A DNA stretch of 64,000 bases from a virus: positions 1 through 64,000 of IMG/VR virus record IMGVR_UViG_3300027763_000027; one strand, given 5' to 3'. Shown in pieces: positions 9,161 to 18,774 of this stretch; positions within the stretch are counted from its first letter, which is position 1; every line of letters starts with the position of its first letter. Below the pieces are notes generated by a model, which saw only the letters and a program-made list of their open reading frames with translations, did no database searches and had not been told where the DNA came from. The translations under genes and the position numbers were made by a program.

Positions 9161-10204
9161 ATGGCAAGAAAAAGAGTAATTTATCAAAGCGAGGCCCTCT
9201 TCGTAGGACCTACAGGAACAGCATCAAATCCAGTACAATTGAATAGAATTCAAAGTGCTAATTATGGATTTCAAGTAACTCGTCAAGATGTTAACCAATA
9301 TGGCAACTTGGCAGCAATTGATCGTATCATTTTGGAACAACCAACCGTTAATTTAGATTATAGCTATTATCTTAATAGTGGTGAAAACGAAAAGAATCTT
9401 GGTTTAACTCTTTCAACATCAAAAGGTGCTTTCGCAGATATTCTATCTGGAGTTGATACTAATGTTAAGAATTATTATATTTTAGTTTCTCCAGAAGGAA
9501 CTGACGCAAACGTAGATACAGGTATAGCCACAGGACAAGGTAAAGTTATTGGTCTAGGAAACGCATTTTTAACGTCTTATCAAATGAGCGCTGCAGTAGG
9601 AGAAATTCCAACTGCTAGCGTTAATGCAGAAGCTTTAAATATGAGATTCTATACTGGTACTGCAGCTTTTAATACTCCAGCGGTAAATCCAACAGACGGA
9701 CAAAATTTAACAGCAAGCATCACTATACCAGCTCCAGTTTCTGGAAGTGGATTTAGTGCTTTGCGTCCAGGAGATATTACATTAACTATTGATGGATCTA
9801 GAGGTCTTGATAAAACTGACTTGAAAGTGCAAAGCGTAAGCATGAGCATTGACGTAGCTAGAGATCCAATTCAAAAATTGGGAAGTAAATTCGCCTTTAC
9901 AAAAGAAATTACATGGCCAGTAACAGCTAAAATGACAGTAGAATCAATTCTAGGAGATCTGGAGGCTAGTAATTTGGCAGACGTAGTTAGTGATGACAAT
10001 GCTAAATATACTCTAAGTGTACTAATCAATAAACCAGGAACTCAAGTCCAAGCTATGAAATTCTCGTTAAAGGGGGCCAAGCTTGATTCACAAAGTTTCT
10101 CAAGCTCTATAGGAGACAATAAATCGGTAAGTCTAGAGTTTAGTTCGCAAGTAGGAGGACCTACAGACATTACAAACGGTATCTTTATAGAGGGTACAGC
10201 TTAA
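9161..10204 (+). CDS. Major tail (tube) protein
   Basis: Strong SD (AGGAG), followed by a terminator; beta-rich with tube-like motifs RQDVNQYG and RDPIQKLG; upstream of chaperones and tape measure. Confidence 0.7.
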   Translation: MARKRVIYQSEALFVGPTGTASNPVQLNRIQSANYGFQVTRQDVNQYGNLAAIDRIILEQPTVNLDYSYYLNSGENEKNLGLTLSTSKGAFADILSGVDTNVKNYYILVSPEGTDANVDTGIATGQGKVIGLGNAFLTSYQMSAAVGEIPTASVNAEALNMRFYTGTAAFNTPAVNPTDGQNLTASITIPAPVSGSGFSALRPGDITLTIDGSRGLDKTDLKVQSVSMSIDVARDPIQKLGSKFAFTKEITWPVTAKMTVESILGDLEASNLADVVSDDNAKYTLSVLINKPGTQVQAMKFSLKGAKLDSQSFSSSIGDNKSVSLEFSSQVGGPTDITNGIFIEGTA

Positions 10205-10229
10205 TTTGTAATTACATATTATAAACTAG

Positions 10230-10254
10230 AAAACCCCGCTATGCGGGGTTTTTT
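10230..10254 (+). terminator. Rho-independent terminator
   Basis: aaaaccccgc-tat-gcggggtttttt hairpin with U-tract after the tail tube gene. Confidence 0.9.
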
Positions 10255-10255
10255 A

Positions 10256-10261
10256 GTGTAA
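10256..10261 (+). promoter_or_regulatory. GTGTAA motif, putative late promoter
   Basis: Directly after the terminator, before the ATG at 10294. Confidence 0.6.
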
Positions 10262-10293
10262 ATAGGTATAAGGTTTAAGGATTTTAAAGGTTT

Positions 10294-10578
10294 ATGGCTA
10301 ATTTAAATATTAAAGAAATATTCACATTTCAAGTTCATAGAAATGTAGTTAACTTATATAAAAGATATCTTAATCTAGTAGAAGATCTTCAAGAAGAGCA
10401 TGTTTCAATGCTTAATAAATTAAATAAAAAGATAGATCTTGAAACTTTAAAAAATGTTGACTATTTTGATGAAAATAGATATAATTATATACGGAAAAAA
10501 ATATTAGACCTAGGAAATGAAACCATAAGGGAAATAAATAAAAGTCTAGATTTTTTTGAAAATAAAAATGAAAAATAA
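10294..10578 (+). CDS. Hypothetical protein
   Basis: 94-aa ORF with AAGG-rich leader, in the tail operon. Confidence 0.7.
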   Translation: MANLNIKEIFTFQVHRNVVNLYKRYLNLVEDLQEEHVSMLNKLNKKIDLETLKNVDYFDENRYNYIRKKILDLGNETIREINKSLDFFENKNEK

Positions 10579-10828
10579 ACTTATTAGATATGGCATCGAA
10601 GACGTTATTAAAGCTAATCTTGAAACTCAAAGCGTTCAGAGAGCGTTGAAAGAAAATTTTGGTTTATTAAAATCATCTTTTGATGTATTAACAAATGCAA
10701 GATATATTGCTAATTATTCAACATGGTCAGAAGAAAAAAGAAGACAGTTTATTATAACAATTGGCGGAAAAGTTAATTTTAAAAAAACTAAATCTTTTAT
10801 AGAAGAAAAACAAGGAAATAAAATATGA
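10568..10828 (+). CDS. Hypothetical protein (ATG at 10568 preferred over TTG at 10556)
   Basis: Overlaps both neighbours; ATGA coupling at 10825. Confidence 0.65.
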   Translation: MKNKLIRYGIEDVIKANLETQSVQRALKENFGLLKSSFDVLTNARYIANYSTWSEEKRRQFIITIGGKVNFKKTKSFIEEKQGNKI

Positions 10829-11628
10829 AAATGGATAAATTTTTGCACGAATTTTCGATTAATAGAGAAATCGAGGTAGAAGATATTGAAGTGAGTAAAA
10901 ATGAAAAAGGCGAAGAAGTAAAAGTTACCAAAAAACAAAAGAAAATAGAACCCGTAACCTTTAGACTCTTAAAACCAAATAGAAGACTTTTTGACGAAGC
11001 AGAATTATTTTATGGAATTAAACTATCAGAAGGAATTAAAGCTGGATTATTAACTAGATCACTATTAGCAAAAAGATATCAAAACGATGGCGGCTCAATG
11101 AGTGAAACTGAAAAAAGAAGATATACAGAGTTATATATTGAGCTTTATCGTTTAGAAAATGAACTACAAAGATTACAAGTTAATTTAGAAAAGATTTCCA
11201 AAGACGAACAGATAGATAAAATGGGGATAGTTTTAAATGATCTTTCTATTGCAAAAAAAGAACTACAACAAATTGAAAATTATCAATCGACAATTTTTGA
11301 TCAAACAGCAGAGAACAGAGCAAGAAATCAAACCATTTTATGGTGGGTTTTAAATATTTCTTACATCAAGCAAGATCAAGAATTCATTCCTTTCTTCGGA
11401 GAGGGAGATCACGACAAGAAGTTGGGCAGATATGACGAATACGAAGAGTCAGAAGATTTCTTCAAAAAAGAAGCTATGTCTAAATTAGCTTATTTTATTA
11501 GTTTATGGTACATGGGCAAAGCTAATAATGCAGAAGATTTTAAAAATCTAGAACTTTTATTCGAACAAGCGAAGACTCAAATTAAAGAAGACAAAACTGA
11601 AGATAAAAAAGAATCAGTAAGTGAATGA
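10825..11628 (+). CDS. Putative tail assembly chaperone
   Basis: Charged, coiled-coil-like protein between tail tube and tape measure. Confidence 0.5.
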   Translation: MKMDKFLHEFSINREIEVEDIEVSKNEKGEEVKVTKKQKKIEPVTFRLLKPNRRLFDEAELFYGIKLSEGIKAGLLTRSLLAKRYQNDGGSMSETEKRRYTELYIELYRLENELQRLQVNLEKISKDEQIDKMGIVLNDLSIAKKELQQIENYQSTIFDQTAENRARNQTILWWVLNISYIKQDQEFIPFFGEGDHDKKLGRYDEYEESEDFFKKEAMSKLAYFISLWYMGKANNAEDFKNLELLFEQAKTQIKEDKTEDKKESVSE

Positions 11629-12628
11629 GCTTTATAAAGAACAGCAATTAGCAAAAAAATTATATAGAGATATAGTTCAGGGTTATTCTATTTTTAATAA
11701 AGATAATAGTTATGTTTATTTCAAGCATTTGACCGAAATAGAATTTGCCGAATCACAAGATCAGTATATAAGATTACTTAGTGACTCAAAAAAACGCGGG
11801 TTATTAGATGAAAAAGACAAAATAAAAATTTTATGCGACCAAGGTATTTGGTCGAATGAAAAAGAAAATGAAATTAAATCTTTAAATAAAGAGATTGTAG
11901 GTGACGAGGCAACTTTAAATAAATTAATTATAAAATCTCAAATTAATCAAATAAGAGATTCTATGAAAACTAAGCAAGAAAAACTTGATGAAATTAATAA
12001 AGAAAGAGATGAGCTTTTAGGCTTAACTGCTGAGAGATATGCTTTTAAGAAATCTAATGAATTTTTATTATATTTAACTCTTTACAAAGACTCTTCTTTT
12101 AAAAATAGAATATTTGAAGAAGATAAGGATGACTTTTTTGATATAGAAGATCGTGAATTAATGGAATATATTAACATATATAAAGAATTTAATACTATGT
12201 TCGATGCAGAGAATATTAAGAAAATAGCAGTTTGCTCATTTTTTATGAATAACTTCTTTCATTGTGAAGATAATCCTTATTATTTTTATGGTAAACCAAT
12301 AGTTGAATTAACTCAAAATCAAATGCAATTATTTTATATAGCTAAAAATTACAAATATTTATTAACTAAAAATGGAGAAAATCCTCCAAATAATATAGAA
12401 AGCTTAAATGATTTAATAAATTGGTATGAGAATAGATCTTCGGCTTCTAATTTAAAAGATAAAATTGCAGAGGATAAGCTAGGACAAACTTATATTGGCG
12501 CATCGAAGGAAGAGCTTAAAGCCATGACAGCGTCCTCTAAAGAAGAAGTATTAGATTTAAATCAAGAGTCTAAAAAGCTTGGTGGAGATTTATCTTTCGA
12601 ACAAATCTTAAAAATACACGGAATTTGA
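11621..12628 (+). CDS. Putative second tail assembly chaperone
   Basis: GTG start overlapping the previous stop; directly upstream of the tape measure. Confidence 0.45.
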   Translation: MNELYKEQQLAKKLYRDIVQGYSIFNKDNSYVYFKHLTEIEFAESQDQYIRLLSDSKKRGLLDEKDKIKILCDQGIWSNEKENEIKSLNKEIVGDEATLNKLIIKSQINQIRDSMKTKQEKLDEINKERDELLGLTAERYAFKKSNEFLLYLTLYKDSSFKNRIFEEDKDDFFDIEDRELMEYINIYKEFNTMFDAENIKKIAVCSFFMNNFFHCEDNPYYFYGKPIVELTQNQMQLFYIAKNYKYLLTKNGENPPNNIESLNDLINWYENRSSASNLKDKIAEDKLGQTYIGASKEELKAMTASSKEEVLDLNQESKKLGGDLSFEQILKIHGI

Positions 12629-12636
12629 TTAATTTT

Positions 12637-12642
12637 GTGTAA
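12637..12642 (+). promoter_or_regulatory. GTGTAA motif, putative late promoter
   Basis: In the 34-nt gap before the tape measure gene. Confidence 0.55.
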
Positions 12643-12662
12643 TACTATGAAAGGAAACTTTC

Positions 12663-15600
12663 ATGGCAGAAGGCAAAGATCGCATTATTATTGATGTTTT
12701 GGGTAATACTCGTCCATTGGAGAAAGAGATCCAAAGGGTAGCTAACCAATCATTAACTTTAAATACAAAAGGCTTTTCTGCGCCTTTAGGTAAAATAAGT
12801 GGTCAATTAGGTGAATTTGAAAAATCATTAGCAGCATCTAATGCTCGCGTTATTGCGTTCGGTGCTTCTGCTGGAGCTATTTACGCTGTTCAAAAAGCTT
12901 TCCAAGAAACAATCAAAAGTGTTATTGATGTAGAAAAAGCTCTTACAGATATTAATGTTATATTAAATGTAAGTCAAAAAAGTTTAAGCGAATTTGGTTC
13001 TGGATTATTTAAAATAGCAAAAGACACAGGAACATCTTTTCAAGAAGTTACAAGAGCTGCTACCGAATTTTCTAGACAAGGTCTTGGAGTTACTGACACA
13101 TTAAAAAGAACTAGTGATGCACTAATTTTAACTAGATTAAGTGGACTAGATGTAGTGAGTAGCGTAGAAGCTATTACGGCTGCATTAAATTCATTTAATC
13201 AAACATCAATAACTTCAAACGAGTTGGTAAATAAATTAGCTGCAGTTGACGCATCTTTTGCAGTAAGTTCTGGAGATCTTGCAGAAGCTATTAAAAGAGT
13301 AGGTAGTAGTGCTCAAGATGCTGGAGTTTCACTTGATCAATTAGTCGCGCTAGTAACATCAGCTCAACAAACAACCGCTAGAGGTGGAGCTGTTATTGGT
13401 AACAGTTTTAAAACTATTTTTACAAGACTCGAAAGACCAAAAGTTTTAGATGCATTAGATGAATTAGGAATAAAAACTAGAGATATTGAAGGAAATGCTT
13501 TGCCACTTATCCAAGTGCTACAAGAATTATCAAAAACATTCGATACTTTAAGTGGAAGTCAAAGAGCCCAAATTGCAGAATTAGTCGGTGGCGTATTTCA
13601 AATTAATATTTTAAAAGCTGCATTATCAGATTTAAGTAAAGAATATTCTATATATGGTCAAGCATTAGGTATCTCGTCTACCGCTACAGACGAAGCAAAT
13701 CAAAGAAATGAAGCTCTAAATAAAACTTTATCTGCTACAATAAATAAAACTTTAGCAAATCTACAAGGCGCAGCAAGTCAAATTGGACAAGTAGCTTTTG
13801 GCCCAGCTTTAGAAAGAGCTTTGGGAGGATTAAATTCTGTATTAGAAAATTTTGGAGAATCAAAAGATACAGAATCTATAGGTGAAAAAATTGGTCAAGG
13901 TTTGCTGTCTGGTCTTGGAAACTTTTTATCTGGTCCTGGATTACTTTTAGGTTTAGCTACAACATTTAAAGTTTTTGAAAGATTAACCGTTTTTGCTTCA
14001 GATGCATTCAAAAGTTTATCAAGTATAAGTACGCAAAACACAAATCAACAAGCTTTACAAACTCAAATTTTAAATTTATTAGGTAAAAATCCTCAAATTA
14101 TAGAACAAATTAATAAAGGTAATTTAAGCACAACGTCTTTACATAATCAAATTTTAACTTTAATACAACAAGAAACAGCAGCAATGCAACAACAAGTCGC
14201 TATAGCTAACACTTTAGCGAAAAGTTTATCTGCTGTAGGCGTAAATGTAGCTACTACTGGTCCTTATAAAGGAGCGGCTATTTCAAGAAATAAAGCTTTA
14301 GGATTTATTCCTAATTTTAGTGCATCAGATGAAATTACTGGAGCTTTAATGGGAGGTTATTCTCCTGGAAGTATTAAAAAAACTTCTATACCAAATTATG
14401 GTCAAGTAACATACAATAGTGCAGAAAAAGTTAAAAAAATTGACGGCTTATCTCAACAAGCAATAATGCCTCCAGAAAAAAGTCCAGCTGGACAAGCTTA
14501 TAAAAATAATTTTCAAAATATTCACGGATTCAATCCTTATGCATCAAGAGGGTTTGTGCCTAATTTTGCACCAGCAGACCGAACAGATGCAATGATTTCT
14601 AAAGGTTACATAAGAATTAGTGGCGCAGAAGCCACACAGTACTTACAAAGAACTAATGGGCAATTAAAAGACACTGCAACAAGCTTAGGGGTAGTTAGAG
14701 ATAAAGGCAATCTATATGTTCCTCAAGGAAACTACAACAAACTAATTAATAATTTAAAAACAAATTTAGAAACGAAAGCTGTTGGACGGGGAGAGCAGCT
14801 AGAGGGCAAACTAAATCCATACGCTTTAGTTTATCCAAGTTTTCAACAATCGACTTCATTTGGTACTTATGGAACAGCTGGTGGTAAAAAAATAGGATTT
14901 TATGCAGTCCCATTTCCTGGACAATTGAAAGACAAAGATAGAGAAATGATAGGGCCAGGTCTCTACGCTCAAGCGATAGACGGAATTGTAAATACAGCTT
15001 CTAATTTTTTAAATGATTTAGCTGGAGTATCTCCAGAAGTAATTAATAGCAGTAAATTCAAAAATTATTTAAAAAGTAATATAAGTCAAGATCAGATTGG
15101 TTCTTTAGTTGGAAACGCATTTGAAGGCGGAGTGTTATCGGCATTAAATATAATACCAGACGATAGAACTAGAAATCTAGATTTGACATCAGCTGAACTT
15201 AAAAAATTAGGAGAAACTTTTAAAGTTAATCCCTTAATGGGCACAAATTATAGAGGAGGAGACTTTAAAAACTCACTATCTGGTGGAAATTTAGATAGTA
15301 TGGCTAATAAAATATTAACCAGTCAAAATGCAGCTTTTGGGTTTATACCTAATTTTTCTCCAATTAAAAAAGCTTTGAATGCAGAAAAAAACTTGGGAGG
15401 AAATGGAGTTTTAGATTTTGAACCAGGATTTGGGCTTTATGTTAGAGACAAAAATACACAGAAAAATTTTAGTGACGTTAAAAAAGATCATCCAGAAGGA
15501 TTAAAAAAAGCTATAAGTAATTCTTTTGGAGTTCAAAAAAATATGGCAGCTTTTGGATTTATTCCTAATTTCGCTCCAGCTCTCCCAACATTAAGCCCAC

Positions 15601-18600
15601 AAGAAGCTGCGGGAAATAATGAGATTGCAAAAAGAATGGCGACTTTAACTCCAGAATTAGATTCAAGTATAAAAAATTTATCAACAAGTTTGAAAAAAGC
15701 AGCAAATTCGTTCGATCAATTGGGGGCTGGTGCTGAAAAAGCTTCAACCGAAGTACAATCTACAAATTTAGGATCAACTGTAGCTCAAGCTAACACAAAA
15801 ATTCAAAAACTTGGGGATTTATTTAATGATGATAAAATAGGAGCAGGTCTTCAAAAATTTAAACAAAATTTAGGATTTGCATCAATTGGAATTTCAATGG
15901 CAGGAGGATTTTTAGCTGAAACATTTGGATCAGATAATAAAGCTCTAAAAGATGGCATAAACGGCTTAAGTCAAGGGCTATCGACAGCCACAACCGCAGT
16001 AATGTTAATACCAGGTCCAGCTGGTCTAGTTGTAGGGGCATTTACCGCATTGTATACAGCCGCTTCAACTGTTGCAAAATATATCAAACAAAATGGAGAA
16101 GATTTAAGTAAAAAATTAGAAGATTCAAAACAAGCTGCTTCTGATTTTGCTAATTCTTCTCAAACCCTTTCTCAAGTTCAACAAAAATTAGCTGATGCTT
16201 ATAAAAATACAAAAACTTCTCCAGCAGAATTAGATAAATTAAATAAACAACTAGTTGATGCAATAGGTGATTTACCAGAAAAATATAGAATGCAATTATT
16301 AGGAATTGGTGATAATATTAAATTACAAGAAGAAATGACTAAAGTTCAAGGTGAATTAGTAAAAGAACAAAAAAATTTAGAATTTGCTTCAGCATATTCA
16401 GCTAAACTATTAGATTCAGCTTTTACGACCCCAGATGTATTTAAAAATTTATCAGATTTAAATTCTGCTGCAAAAAGTATTTTGGCAGGTTTCTCAAAAG
16501 AAGGTAAGACTAATTTCATAGCGGATGTAGAGAACCAAGCTGTTAATTTAACGAAATCATCTCAAACGCAATTCATTAAATATTTAAAAGAATTTTATGG
16601 TTTAAACTCAAACATAGCTGGAGCTCTAGAAAAAGCAAATCCTCAAGAAATAAATAATTTAAAAACAGCTTTAATCAAATTAGGCACGGACGCAAAGAAT
16701 AGTAAAGATGCAGTAGAGGCTGGAGCCGAGTCAAGAAAAGCTGAAATTTTAAAATTAGAATCACTTAAAAAAGCTGCAGACGCAGCAGATGCAGCTGTAG
16801 AAAATTTAAATGATTCATTATTAGGACTAATTTCGGCTTCAATTAGTGGAAGTGAATTTAAATCACAAAATAGACAAAATGAATTGGCAAATCAAAGCGC
16901 GATAGAATTAAATAGAGCAACTGGTAATTTAAACACTAGATCAGATTTTAGTAGTCCAGAGTCTGTTAATAGAGTGCAAAATATTATAGATTCTCAAAGA
17001 AGAAACGAAGACACTTTAAAAGGTTTTAGAGACGCAATATCTGGATCAAGAAATGAAATTAGTAATGCCGTACAAGATTTATTAAAAAAATTATCAAGTC
17101 CAGATAGTGGATTAAGCGCTTCTCCAGAAATAATTAAACAACTTGGTCAAAGATACATGAATATTGGTTCTCAAAATTTAAATCCTAAAGATTATGCTGA
17201 TGCAATTTACAAAGCTACGATGGACCTTATGGGGCCAACTAATACTAGAGCAAGTGGTCTACAAGATAAATTAATTTCTATTAATCAACAAGCAAATCAA
17301 AGACTTTTAATGATAAGCCAAGAAGCAATGAAAAATAATCAAATTGCTCAAGATAATTATAAAATACAGCAACAAATGCTACAAGACAAAAGAGATGTAT
17401 CTGCGATGGGTGGATTAGAAGGCTATGCTTCTGGTGGATCTTATGATAAAATTAGACAAATTTTACAAGATTTCAAAACAACAAGAGGCGGAGGACAAAG
17501 TAGAGCAGCTCTTTTAGGTGAAACTATTAATTTAGCTGGAGGAGGATTTAATGAAAAATTCTTAAAAGGTTTGACTCCATTTACAAATACTTTAAAAACT
17601 CAAAGAGCGCAAGATATAAGATCTAATGCTCTGAGTATAGCTAGAAACTCACCAGGAGGCATTGCGCCAATCTTTAGAGACATAGCAAAAAGATCTTATG
17701 ATATTGCCTCAAAACAAGTTGATTTCGCTATAAAATCTAGTCAGGCTGATGCAGAATTAGGTTTAAATGTAAAAAGTATATTAGGCATATTAGAAAAAGC
17801 AAATCTTAATCAACAGCAATCGGCAAAAGAAATAAACCTTCCTGGTAATTTAGACAATGCTAAAAAAGCATTAGAGAGAGACTATAAATCAGAATATAAA
17901 TCTATAGAAGAAGAAATTAAACGTGCACAAAATATAGCTGCTTCTAATAGAAGTTACCAAGGATTAGGAGAAGAAATTGGGCAAAAAAGTTCAAGAATAG
18001 ATTACATGGAAAAAAGAAAAGCCCAAATACAAAAAGAAAACGAATCATTAGTGCAACAATTAGAAGCTTCTAATCTTCCAGAAAAAGTTAAAACTTTCTT
18101 ACTAGATCAAATAAATCAAGCTTTGGAAACTGGACAAGAAGTACCATCTATTTCTAAATTACAACAAGGCTTCACAAGTAAATATGGGGCAAATAGAAGT
18201 CAAGAAGGCATGGAGGCTAATCCAAATATAAATTATGATTTAGAAAAACAATTAAATGAATTAAAAAAATTAAATATACAAAGCATATTAGGAGATTTAA
18301 GTAAAAATCAAACAGACACTCAAGCTATAAAAACTAATATAGAAGGCATAAGCGAAGCTCTAAGGAGAGCGAATGAAGAAGCTGAAATAATGAAAAAAGC
18401 TTTAGAAGCAGTAGGAGAAAAACCAATAGATATTACTGCTCCAATTAATAGAACTAATGATCAATCGAGTATTATACAAATCGACACGAAACCCATAAGT
18501 TTAAATATACCAGAGAACGCTATCAATCTACAAATGGGCGGAAACATTACTGTCGATCCTATCAATTTCAATGTATCATTAGATCAAACAACAGACCTAA

Positions 18601-18749
18601 CAAGTATGATAACTCCAATTGCAGAAAAGATTGTTACAGACATTAATTTAGCTCTGACAGATAGCTTACAACAACAAATATCAACTCTTAAACAACAAAT
18701 TTCTGATTTGGGTGGAAGAAGGTTGCCTCCAGAAAGAATGTTGGTATGA
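12663..18749 (+). CDS. Tail tape measure protein (TP901-like core) with internal GFIPNF-delimited modules
   Basis: 2028 aa, helical; core motifs EFSRQG, AEAIKRVGSSA, TARGGAVIGNSFKTIFTRL. Confidence 0.9.
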   Translation: MAEGKDRIIIDVLGNTRPLEKEIQRVANQSLTLNTKGFSAPLGKISGQLGEFEKSLAASNARVIAFGASAGAIYAVQKAFQETIKSVIDVEKALTDINVILNVSQKSLSEFGSGLFKIAKDTGTSFQEVTRAATEFSRQGLGVTDTLKRTSDALILTRLSGLDVVSSVEAITAALNSFNQTSITSNELVNKLAAVDASFAVSSGDLAEAIKRVGSSAQDAGVSLDQLVALVTSAQQTTARGGAVIGNSFKTIFTRLERPKVLDALDELGIKTRDIEGNALPLIQVLQELSKTFDTLSGSQRAQIAELVGGVFQINILKAALSDLSKEYSIYGQALGISSTATDEANQRNEALNKTLSATINKTLANLQGAASQIGQVAFGPALERALGGLNSVLENFGESKDTESIGEKIGQGLLSGLGNFLSGPGLLLGLATTFKVFERLTVFASDAFKSLSSISTQNTNQQALQTQILNLLGKNPQIIEQINKGNLSTTSLHNQILTLIQQETAAMQQQVAIANTLAKSLSAVGVNVATTGPYKGAAISRNKALGFIPNFSASDEITGALMGGYSPGSIKKTSIPNYGQVTYNSAEKVKKIDGLSQQAIMPPEKSPAGQAYKNNFQNIHGFNPYASRGFVPNFAPADRTDAMISKGYIRISGAEATQYLQRTNGQLKDTATSLGVVRDKGNLYVPQGNYNKLINNLKTNLETKAVGRGEQLEGKLNPYALVYPSFQQSTSFGTYGTAGGKKIGFYAVPFPGQLKDKDREMIGPGLYAQAIDGIVNTASNFLNDLAGVSPEVINSSKFKNYLKSNISQDQIGSLVGNAFEGGVLSALNIIPDDRTRNLDLTSAELKKLGETFKVNPLMGTNYRGGDFKNSLSGGNLDSMANKILTSQNAAFGFIPNFSPIKKALNAEKNLGGNGVLDFEPGFGLYVRDKNTQKNFSDVKKDHPEGLKKAISNSFGVQKNMAAFGFIPNFAPALPTLSPQEAAGNNEIAKRMATLTPELDSSIKNLSTSLKKAANSFDQLGAGAEKASTEVQSTNLGSTVAQANTKIQKLGDLFNDDKIGAGLQKFKQNLGFASIGISMAGGFLAETFGSDNKALKDGINGLSQGLSTATTAVMLIPGPAGLVVGAFTALYTAASTVAKYIKQNGEDLSKKLEDSKQAASDFANSSQTLSQVQQKLADAYKNTKTSPAELDKLNKQLVDAIGDLPEKYRMQLLGIGDNIKLQEEMTKVQGELVKEQKNLEFASAYSAKLLDSAFTTPDVFKNLSDLNSAAKSILAGFSKEGKTNFIADVENQAVNLTKSSQTQFIKYLKEFYGLNSNIAGALEKANPQEINNLKTALIKLGTDAKNSKDAVEAGAESRKAEILKLESLKKAADAADAAVENLNDSLLGLISASISGSEFKSQNRQNELANQSAIELNRATGNLNTRSDFSSPESVNRVQNIIDSQRRNEDTLKGFRDAISGSRNEISNAVQDLLKKLSSPDSGLSASPEIIKQLGQRYMNIGSQNLNPKDYADAIYKATMDLMGPTNTRASGLQDKLISINQQANQRLLMISQEAMKNNQIAQDNYKIQQQMLQDKRDVSAMGGLEGYASGGSYDKIRQILQDFKTTRGGGQSRAALLGETINLAGGGFNEKFLKGLTPFTNTLKTQRAQDIRSNALSIARNSPGGIAPIFRDIAKRSYDIASKQVDFAIKSSQADAELGLNVKSILGILEKANLNQQQSAKEINLPGNLDNAKKALERDYKSEYKSIEEEIKRAQNIAASNRSYQGLGEEIGQKSSRIDYMEKRKAQIQKENESLVQQLEASNLPEKVKTFLLDQINQALETGQEVPSISKLQQGFTSKYGANRSQEGMEANPNINYDLEKQLNELKKLNIQSILGDLSKNQTDTQAIKTNIEGISEALRRANEEAEIMKKALEAVGEKPIDITAPINRTNDQSSIIQIDTKPISLNIPENAINLQMGGNITVDPINFNVSLDQTTDLTSMITPIAEKIVTDINLALTDSLQQQISTLKQQISDLGGRRLPPERMLV

Positions 18750-18774
18750 TAAAAAAAGGTAAAAGGAAAATAAA

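Noticed and set aside
11520-11630. Programmed frameshift joining the tail chaperones (lambda G/GT type)
   Set aside because: The second ORF is in the +1 frame with TAA directly before its GTG, and no correctly phased slippery heptamer was found.
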